A stretch of 62,280 nucleotides of DNA, the filler included, from Choristocarpus tenellus KU-1152 (Eukaryota > Protista > Phaeophyceae): the NCBI GenBank assembly GCA_964200185.2. It is 12 parts of 12 records of this genome, joined end to end, with 100 filler letters (N's around TTAATTAATTAA, not from the genome) between each part and the next. Parts side by side here need not be neighbours in the genome. Positions count along the whole stretch, not along the records: positions 50,866 to 53,628 come from CAXNAD020024955.1; positions 53,729 to 62,280 come from CAXNAD020004595.1; 10 more parts are not named here. The stretch is one strand, 5' to 3'. The notes under the pieces were generated by a model that did not search any database, had not been told where the DNA came from, and worked only from the letters and a program-made list of their open reading frames with translations. This document shows positions 53,230-62,280 of the stretch, one piece after another. Numbering within the stretch: position 1 is the stretch's first letter; every line of letters starts with the position of its first letter. The translations under genes were made by a program, and so were the position numbers.

Positions 53230-53557
53230 CTGAAGATCGGCTTCAACACCTTTCCTCTATTGTGGAGGGCCTATCTAAGCAATAATGGAATTGAAGCAAG
53301 ACTGAGACCGTCATTTTCAGACTGGTATTGATAGATCCAGGGGTGGGGACCATCCTGTGCAAATTACCTTGGGAGGTAATGCTATTTGTCAGTAGTGAAG
53401 ACAAGAAGGTATGAAGCCTCACACGAGCCCTTTCGCTGAACGTGAAAAGAATGGATGGTTGAAATTAGAAGAGTGATCTTTGTGGGGTGTCTTCTCATTG
53501 TTTATTATTATTTGTGTTTGGCTACCTATTTCAAACTAGCGAAAAGGGAATGAATAA

Positions 53558-53628
53558 GAGTGAAACTATCTTAGAGGGTACGAATTTTTCCCTGTTTGTC
53601 CATTTGTGGGGCTTGACTTCCCATGGAT
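53558..53628 (-). mobile_element. MITE family A, partial at contig end
   Basis: Starts GAGTGAAACTATCTTAGAGGGTA. Confidence 0.8.
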
Positions 53629-53728
53629 NNNNNNNNNNNNNNNNNNNNNNNNNNNNNNNNNNNNNNNNNNNNTTAATTAATTAANNNNNNNNNNNNNNNN
53701 NNNNNNNNNNNNNNNNNNNNNNNNNNNN
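53629..53728. other. Artificial contig linker
   Basis: 44N-TTAATTAATTAA-44N. Confidence 0.98.
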
Positions 53729-53743
53729 AGCATGATTTATTCA

Positions 53744-53919
53744 GAACCAAAGTATCTGGGGGGGGGGGGGTCTACACCAGGGTGTCCATTTGGGCCAAAA
53801 TAAGGAAAGTGCATTTACATTATCCATCTGACGTATGCAACCAAATCACCTAAATATCGCGACATGAAAAAATTGACTCATATGGACAGCCGCCACACAC
53901 CCCTCAGATACTTTGAGCC
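53744..53919 (+). mobile_element. MITE family B, full length
   Basis: GAACCAAAGTATCTGG ... CAGATACTTTGAGCC; 3-bp duplication TCA. Confidence 0.88.
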
Positions 53920-55929
53920 TCAATCCAAGGTTTCAACAGAGATATAGTCCAAAAATCCTTCCCCACATAAAAAAATATACACCAAAAAATATAATTTGAA
54001 GTTAAAGTTAGGGTACTGTTCAAGATAGCCTTCTACCTTAACATGAACATATATTTATACAAAGTAGGACTCTGCCTACAAAATATTTTTCCCTCGCTAT
54101 GAGCACAAAAAGTATGGTACTACCCACCACTGCCATACTAACTTAGGCAAGATGATAATCGTACAGCTCTTGCCATGCTAACCCTTACACATCAGCATTC
54201 CCCTTAAAATAATCCCATGCACATAGGAGAGACTCACTGTGTCATGTCATTGCTTCCAATTGCAAAAGACGGGACATCTCCTATTTACTGAGTCCTCAAT
54301 TTTAATGCCCAGAGCACACTCTCCAACAGTTCTTTCTTGGCGATGCAGATAACCCACCTTCAGAGGCAGTGACTGTAGAAGAGGAGACATAGGTTTGTCG
54401 ACACAACTAGTCAAAGTGCGAAAACACCCTTCAGAGTGGTAGAAGCATTTACGTCTATGAACCAGAAGGGAGTCAGTCGAACGAACTCCAAATAATCTAC
54501 GATACCTCTCTCTAAGAAAGCATAGCTTGCAGCAACTTAAAAAACATCACATCGTGCATGTTTCCCACTCAGTTGGCTGGAATACTGGAGTGGGCTGACC
54601 TAGTTGGAAGAGCGAAGATCACTCCAAGGTTGATAACAACAATAATAATAAAATCGGTGAGGTGGGAATGCGATGTGTTAAGAGAGATTTACACTACTTG
54701 AGCGAATTAGCCCCGTAACGTGTCTTACTATCCCCTCTGTCCTATTCAAGTTTATCTTGGGAACACTCCAAGTTACAGCATATCTAGTTACGCCTAACAG
54801 TGTGTACACTTTTAAGACACCACCGCGAATCATTGATATGGATGTTGCAAAACCGAGTGGAGACATGCTGCTTACATATATTGAACTGAGTCAGAACTGA
54901 GTCAAAGTAAACGAAAGGAGCCCGGAGTTTCATTCTTCAAGGATGCTGACAAATTATGTGCCAAAAAAAAAAATCTTACAAACACGTGTAGGTTATATAT
55001 CTTCTGGATTGTGTTGAAAATTTTCAAACAATAGAGAAATCAACATTCTCAAAGTCAAACTTAGCACTTCGTCCATAGAAATACAGGTGAATTACAAAAA
55101 AAATAAATGGCTTCAAATGCCAAAACGGTCAAAAACTTGGATACCTCTTCGTTTGCTTTGGCCCACTGCATTAATGGTGATATCCATTGTGCTATGACTG
55201 CAGTGCTGTCAACAGGAGAAATCTCAACAATGTCGTGTTGCTCACAGTGGGTGTCGGGGCAAACAGGAAACTTCTTGCACCCAACAATGGTTCTTGAAGG
55301 TGGATACCGAAACGAAATGATGGCAAGGCTGAACTGTACTGGGTTGAAGTACATTCACCCAATAGTACATCGTCGACAAGGTACAGTACACCAAGCATGT
55401 CCAGCCTAACAACATTGCCGGTTCTGCTTCCTGTCACTGTCGCCCATCAAGAACGTATCCTAATCCGCATTCAATGCGTGATGTGCAAGAGACAAACACA
55501 AAATAAAGACAAGTCTTAAGAGGGTATACCTTACTTGCTTTATCACCAGCTCAAGGTAACAACACTGTGCTGTGGTGAAATTATATATGGCACCATCGAA
55601 AAATCATTGGCAAAATGAAAAAGAAGCATCAGGTGCCGCAATCTCTCTCTCTCTCTCTCTAACCCTAACCCTTAGCCAAACGAGACCTGAAGGACACAAG
55701 AACTGAAAGATGCATGGCCTCAACATAGTATAAACCATCACCAAACCCTGTCACACCCCTCGTGAAATCAATACAATTGCACAGTGAGAAAAGCCTCAAC
55801 ACTACAGGGGAGAAGTGCAACTAGTTCCCTCCCAGACTCATATTCTCAATGGGTAAAAGGCGTTAATAGCGGCCTTATTCGCATGTCTTTGTCCCAGTAC
55901 CATGGGATGGGGTGGGTGGCCAGCTACAC

Positions 55930-58900
55930 TCACAACTCTCTCTCCACCTCCTCATCAACCTTCTCGTCAAAGGAGAGGGCGTTACGGATATGAACCTCAA
56001 TATCTTCAGGGTCCACCTGTTAAGGGAGGAGTCCAAACGTATTCCCCAGCATGCGGAAAAAAAAAACATGGGTTAGGGTTAGGGATTTGGTCAAGAATGG
56101 CAAAGCAGCGTGGAGGGTGCGAAAAACGCGAGCAAATGGGTGAGCACCTAGGTTTGATATTGCAGGGTTTTGTCTGTGTACAACTTGTCACACATGATTT
56201 GTACCCTTTATGTGAGAAAAAAAAACCTATTAAACAATCCTCCTCTCCCCCCATCTGGATTTAATTGTGGAAGTAGAAAATTGATTCGAGGTCCTGGCGT
56301 GAAGGGTTGTAAGAGGGGTGAACTCAAAGCAACATAAGATTTACATTTCTCATTCAAAAGTTGTCCTTACTTCGGTAATTCCACTCCCAAACAACGGAGT
56401 GAGCTGTAATATACACAGGAGCAACCCAGTACGCCACTGTCGGGGGGGGGGGGGAGCTCACACTAGGCACGGGTTCGGAAAACCCGCTGTGAAGTATGAG
56501 AAGCATACATTCACAACAACGCATATAGAGCTTGAGACCATTCCCTTTGGTTAATTTGCCTTTCCTTGCAGTTTGGTGACGGGTGAAACGCCACAGTGCT
56601 AGCCCCAAAATAAAATAAAGAAAAAATGTGCAGTAATTGACTCCTGCGTTAGACGACAATGTAGGTGACTGAAAAACAACGATCAGAACGGCGAATACTG
56701 TCCTCGTTCCCGCCCCTCAAAGTTGCTGATGCTTTGAATCGGGCAGGCGGCTCACGCTACAGATCCCTCTGTGTGGAAATCATCGCCAGACTCGGTCCAG
56801 ACTCTCCTGTGTGGAGAACTGTAGAGCTGATGATCCACTGCGCTACAGCAGAAACTGTGTGTCTTTTGTAGCAGGTGCAGGACTTGAAGGGTTGAAGGCA
56901 CAGGCCGTAGGCATCTCCTACCACAAAGTACAACAAAAAGGGGGGGGCACTACAGGCGGAAAGGGAAAGGTAGGATACAGCAAAAGTTCCACCACTGTGC
57001 TCAACTCACCAAACACCATTTGCATTTAAGGGTGTTGCAGGCTATTGGTCCGTTGTTTTATCGGAAATGGACAAGACCTTGCCATCAGGCATGTACATAC
57101 GATGACTGCTGATGCACCATCTAGAAACGACCTCAAAAATTATGGCTGGGACAAAGGAGGTACAGACCGGTAGCACAAGCACTCAAGTTGCTGAACCATG
57201 GCATCAAAAGGACAAGGCAGAAACTCCTTCGACGCCTTCCATGTGACCCAATGAAATATCTGTCTTCAGATAATGAGTTGGCATTACCGACCAATCGGTT
57301 GCATGCTGAGTGAGTACCTGTACTATGCAAGAAGGGCACCGATCCCTTAAAAATATTTGAGTACGTTTTTGGTGCGGAGAAGGTCCTCAGAACCCCTACA
57401 GAGCGCCCTCTACTTGATAACAAAGTGTGAAAGTCAATGACCATACGGCGGTGGAGGTCAGATTTGCCCTCGCAGCAAAGGCCGTATGCAAGACACGCCT
57501 TTGATATCAGAGGGCGTCCTTCAGGCATTCTGAGGATCATCACCTGTCAAATTGGCTTCAGGGATATGGGTACGCCTCTTGTGCACTAATGGCACTCAGT
57601 CCACATGCAACCGAGCGGTCAGCAACCTGACCATAAGAGAGTGAGATGAAGGATGTGCAAATAATGCTGAATGATGGCAGCAACTCGATATCTGAAGATA
57701 GGATGCCCTGAGCAAGGATTGTCTTGCATGTGTTCATGTCGGGACACTTTCCCCAAGAATCAACCCTAATGCGTTGGGTCACGCACAAAGAGATTCAGCC
57801 CTGTCCAGCCAATGCCACGAGCCAACATTCAGTGCTTGTGCAAACGGCTTATGCATCCCATGTCCCAGCCACCACGGGACATGTTTACCACCTCCTATAG
57901 CTACACTTCTTCAAAGAATGCACTACCAGCCCTTGCCAACACGATGCGACACCTAAAACTGTCAAGAAGTTAGTCAATGAACCTGATACCATGCATCATG
58001 ACGCCACAAATCAGCTTACACGGAATGACCCTTGGTTGGTGTCATTTCAGTTAGCGGGAGCGACCACTGATTAAAAAAAAAAAGAAGTCAAAACCATCAG
58101 AAGCCCAGAAGGAGTGTTAAATAGAGAACGACATCAACATCCTTGAATTTTAGTACGGTCAATTGTACCAAAACACAGGCTGCTGCTCTATATGGGTGTG
58201 ACGGTCTGCTTGCACGGAAATGTGGAAAGCAATTCTCGTAACATGCTATCTACTTCTTACCATGAATTTCTCATTCCGTTGGGGCTGTTTGCAAAGTAGA
58301 ATAGCATAGCCTGTGCAAAGCAAAACCGAACCCCAATGTACCAACTTGGAGTATGGATTTCTTTCCCATAAAACTAACCAGGGTCTCACCGGCAATCTTC
58401 GGTGGCAGCAACTTACCCCATGCTTATGCGGCATACATCACACTGGGATCAAACACATCGCATATTGTGCAGTTTCATTGGGGGTGATCCCGCGGAAGGA
58501 TTACAGTTCGATTCGGCATCGCTGCTTCAAAATGTTTGAGGGCACAGGTGTACACTACCGGGAGGGCAAGGCACATAGAGGATCACCTCGTGAGAGAAGC
58601 GAGACACGGTCGTGCCTCCGCCGGAGACAAGAAACTTTGTGAAATTCCAGCGGATGTTGAGGACATCTCCAGATGCCTGCTTGAGCCAGGAGAAGAGAGG
58701 TTCACTACCCTCGCCATTAACATCCACCTTTATTTCGGTGCAATTGCAGGGGACAAAAAAGGGAGGGTGGAGGGGCACAAAAGCATAATATGATCTTCAC
58801 AATTTTTGATGACATTCTTTCCTAGGGTTTGGCGTACCATTTTTTCATCTAACCTGAGGCCATACCCCATGGAAGCAGGGCATAAAACAACAGCATAAAC

Positions 58901-60187
58901 TGAAGTAACTTTGAGCATGCTGTTGAACCAGGCAGCAACATGAAATGAGTGTGGAGGACCAAGTTGTTTGGAAGAGCGGAAATGGAAGTAAGGGTACTCC
59001 ACGGCAAAATATATATATTAGGAATGTGTGTCTGTATGAGAGACTACTAGCAGCAATACAACCCTGAAAAATGGATGGAGAGCGTTTCAATCACCAGATG
59101 TTTGCCACAAACTAGTACAATCACAACATCTACCGTTGTCTGTAACAAGCTTCAAGGCCCCTGTGCACAGGTCAAGACATTTTAGCAAGGTAATGATCCA
59201 TTCTAGGAAGGTGATGATCAGGCATGGGTGCACCACATAAAATTTTCTTTATCGTTGTTCGATTCTCCTTTCTACCCCTAAAAGATAACGTTGTCTGATG
59301 CGTCCATTCTCACGCTATTCTGTGCCATGAGTCAGTTCGACATGTTACACGAACTAGGAGGCCTAGCGGGTGAAAAACAGATACGGTTTTCTCTACCGTC
59401 ACCTCTACTTTAGTGCACCTGTCGCCCCCTTTTGTCGTCTTACCTTCCCCATCACGGGAAATGTGATGCCGTAGTTTTGATCTAGAAATTGAGAAATTTC
59501 TTCCTGTGTTCCCGGCTCCTGAGCACCGAACTGATTGCAGGGAAATGCCAAAACCTCCAGCCCATCATCGGCATATCGCTCGTATAGGCGCTGCAGTTGC
59601 CGATAATTGGAGTCGGTAAACCCGCAGAAGCTCGCCACGTTGACCACCAACACGGCCTGATGTAGAGATAGGTTTGGTGCCAGGAGATATTCTTGATGAG
59701 AGAGATGTGGAAGTGATGAGGGTGATGACAGGATGAGGTATGACGACATTGCGCATGGTATGTGGAGTTGGCGCAGGTCAGGACGAGCAAAAAACAGTAT
59801 ATTTCTTTCCATGGTTCCAAACGCCATGCACATTGACACTACCGTATCAGTCGCGCAAAGTCCTGCTCGTTCGACTCTCCCCAACGGCATCTCCCCTCCT
59901 CCCTATTCCCTCTTAACAAGGTGATCAAGGCAGGTCAATCGTTAGATCAGGGCTCAAGTCCAAGGCCACAAAAATAGAAATACATATGACCTCTTGACGA
60001 ACGTCTGCGGGTAGCGTCCTGGTAGGTAGGTGTTCGGGTTTTACACCTTCTTGTCTTTGAATGTGTTGAGGGGAACATCCGACCCCAAGCTGTCCTTAAC
60101 AGTGAAAGAGTGGAAGGAACCTGTTGCCTCGCAAACAGTCACGTATAGCACAGTCCATAGAACAAACAAAAACCGTGCTCCCAACAT
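55930..60187 (-). CDS. GPX: Glutathione peroxidase, Cys-type, secretory/ER-luminal (GPx7-like); complete
   Basis: Exons 60187-60047, 59656-59444, 58727-58587 and 56016-55930 (all phase 0). Signal peptide MLGARFLFVLWTVLYVTVCEA; motifs VNVASFCG (TGC Cys), AFPCNQFGAQEPG and WNFTKFLV; C-terminus ...EEVEREL*. Confidence 0.93.
57143..57871. repeat. Long degenerate inverted repeat (fold-back) in GPx intron 3
   Basis: Collinear complementary blocks on both sides of ~57462, e.g. tggctgggaca/tgtcccagcca, gcacaagcact/agtgcttgtgc, gtgacccaa/ttgggtcac, tcttcagata/tatctgaaga, tcggttgcatg/catgcaaccga, cgccctct/agagggcg, catacggc/gccgtatg. Confidence 0.8.
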
Positions 60188-60525
60188 TGCTGCTACAATA
60201 CAACAGTCTTGTGTAGTGCTAAGAAGTCTAGGATATGGGATAGGTGTCCAATTGTGTGGAACTGTATATATCAACAAAATATATAGTATTGTAATTAGTT
60301 TTAGCCAAATCGACATAAACAGGTACATCTGTACTAAAAACGGGTATAGAGCAAATCAGATTGTGTATCATGGGGTCATCCCCCACACACTCCTCCTAAA
60401 AATGGCCCGAGGAAATTACGCATGTCCAGGTATCGCGTGATATTTTTCAATAAGTACACAGCAGTGTTGCCCTTGCTGTCCTTGTTTTCCTTGTTGAACA
60501 AAGTGGCTGCAACAAGCAGCAGTTT

Positions 60526-60793
60526 GAGCCAAACCAATTGAGAGGTAGGCAAGATTGCATTGTAAGGATCCCAAGAAAGAGCTAGAGTTAACGACGGGTA
60601 CCCAGGTTTGCATTTGAAGGGTGCTGGCAAGCGTGTAAAATTATAATTTTTTGTACTAATGTACATAGAGACTTTTCTGGATTATGCATAAAACTTCAAA
60701 CAATAATAGAGGAATAAATGGGCTCAAGTCGATCTTACATTCCATCCATGGAAATCAGAGTGAATTGCAAAAAGGACAAAAAAAGTGGCTTAG
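60526..60793 (+). mobile_element. MITE family C, degraded (upstream of GPx)
   Basis: Starts GAGCCAAACCAATTGAGAGGTAGG; right end replaced by a family B-like TIR fragment near 60793-60820. Confidence 0.6.
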
Positions 60794-61271
60794 AGTCAGA
60801 GTATCTGGAGGGGAGGGTACAGCAGTAGTAGGCTGAATAGCACCCACAGTAACCACGATATGGTTATTGGGGAATTCTGATGGTTGTGCATGGTTTTTCA
60901 ATATCTCCACGGTTGCCAACAGTCGATGGTAGATTTACAACAAGCATGGTTGCAGTACAGAATAACAGTCGACATTTTCTCCAGCAATAATAACAGTAAC
61001 TGCGAAGCAACCGTGGATTATGCCACAATCGTAACAACTGGCCCTAGAAACATATCCAGCTTCCAACACTCCACTGTACTTTATTGTTTTGTTTTGTGTT
61101 GGATGTCTGATTTTGCAACCCCTTTATTTAGAGATGACTTATCCACTTCTATATAGTCCAAATGGTGAGATGGAATTTGTGCCTTTTCTCTTGTAGCGTG
61201 GTCCTTATGCACCATCCTTGGGTGTGCCTTCACGTCTTTAAGATTTTGTGTTTTTTCACATGCGTGGTTCA

Positions 61272-61540
61272 GAGTCAAACCAACTGAGAGGGAGGTAGGG
61301 TTGTATTTCAAGGATCCCGAGAATGGGCCAAAATATTCAATTTTGTACAACTGCAAAAAAAGGAGCCTTTTCTGAAAAGTGGTTTCCCTTTCGTCTGTGG
61401 AAAGGGGAAAATATCATTTCTTCGTTCAATATGGTGCACATAAAGCAATGGAATAGATTGTATTGCCCAGGGTAAGAAATATGGCTTAGAATGCAAAAAG
61501 ATCCAGACCTACCTGTCTACCTCTCAAATGGTATGGCACT
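61272..61540 (+). mobile_element. MITE family C, full length
   Basis: GAGTCAAACCAACTGAGAGG ... CTACCTCTCAAATGGTATGGCAC; probable TCA duplication. Confidence 0.75.
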
Positions 61541-62280
61541 TCATCATTATCGGTAGCTGCTGGTCTCAAACGAGGGATGTGTATCACATTGCACATGCTC
61601 CATTTATTTTTATTTTGCAAATCTTATTTCCAGTCAAGTCTTTTTCCCCTCAGAATATTACCAGCCCACTCATGACATACCCCTACCTTTCAGATAGTTT
61701 TCTAGTACAATGACCATACATTACTATTTCTTCAAGTGATTATGACTGTTTCACGACCATATCAGACTGGGGTGCACTTACCAAAACTGTACCGTACGGT
61801 CGTACACTGACAGCAACAAATATAATCATTCGAAAATGACAACAATTTAGCCCTAACGTGGTAATTTTTCGATGTTCAGTTTGTTGCCCTAGTACCATTA
61901 TTGTACTACAAATTACCAAGCACAACAGGTACACATATTAAGACCTAAATACACTATAATAAAAAGTATGAAAATGTTCAAGTTTTAATAATATATTTGG
62001 AGAAGTAAATTGTAAATGGTAAGAAATATACTACTCTGTGTGTGAATCGTGTGATTCTGTGGCGGCGTGGTTCACTCAGGCAAGGTTGGCGAAGAGAATC
62101 ACTGGGCAAGACGGACCACACGAACAAGGACGAACCATGACCGAGGGTACGAGGTTAAGGTTGGTCAAGTATAAACTTAGGAGTGATGAGCAACATCAAA
62201 GATGGGGCTTCATTATCAGTCAAGACGTGAGAACAAAAAGGATCTTTCATGTGTGACAACTTAAATGACAATTTGTCCCA

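Noticed and set aside
4080-53728. Regularly recurring TTAATTAATTAA flanked by Ns, resembling a repeat array or CRISPR
   Set aside because: It is an identical synthetic all-frame-stop linker used to concatenate contigs, not biological sequence.
57133-57543. 136-aa ORF nested in the GPx intron
   Set aside because: It overlaps the degenerate palindrome and has no protein motifs, so it is probably a chance ORF.
59620-59635. Selenocysteine GPx with a SECIS element
   Set aside because: The active-site codon is TGC (Cys), and no in-frame TGA is needed.
21640-60187. PKS III + ABC protein + hydrolase + peptidase + peroxidase as a biosynthetic gene cluster (e.g. phlorotannin)
   Set aside because: Each gene is on a different contig joined artificially, and the ABC protein is a soluble ABC-F, not a transporter.

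Overview
Eukaryotic, intron-rich genomic DNA, most likely a brown alga or close photosynthetic stramenopile. The evidence is bipartite signal+'AF/GF' plastid presequences, an Ectocarpus PKS1-like type III PKS, GT-AG introns and TTAGGG-type repeats. The window is not one locus. It is 12 short contigs joined by eleven artificial 100-bp linkers (44N-TTAATTAATTAA-44N), so neighbourhood across linkers has no biological meaning. Manual splicing recovers these mostly partial genes: a BRCT C-terminus (probably DNA ligase IV), an unknown plastid-targeted protein, one myosin motor exon, DEPDC5/IML1, a divergent type III polyketide synthase, an unknown helical-repeat protein, an ABC-F protein, a plastid alpha/beta-hydrolase (VTE7-like), an oligopeptidase B-like S9 peptidase, a CTFxP/FERLY repeat protein, and a complete ER-type Cys glutathione peroxidase. 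The non-coding DNA holds decayed Copia/Gypsy remnants and about 20 copies of three MITE families. These families share a G(A/G)NYCAAA terminus and variable 3-bp target duplications, and one copy is nested in another copy's hairpin. There is also a ~730-bp degenerate palindrome inside a GPx intron. No prokaryote-type system (CRISPR, operon) is present. Protein family assignments come from motif recognition, not from database searches.
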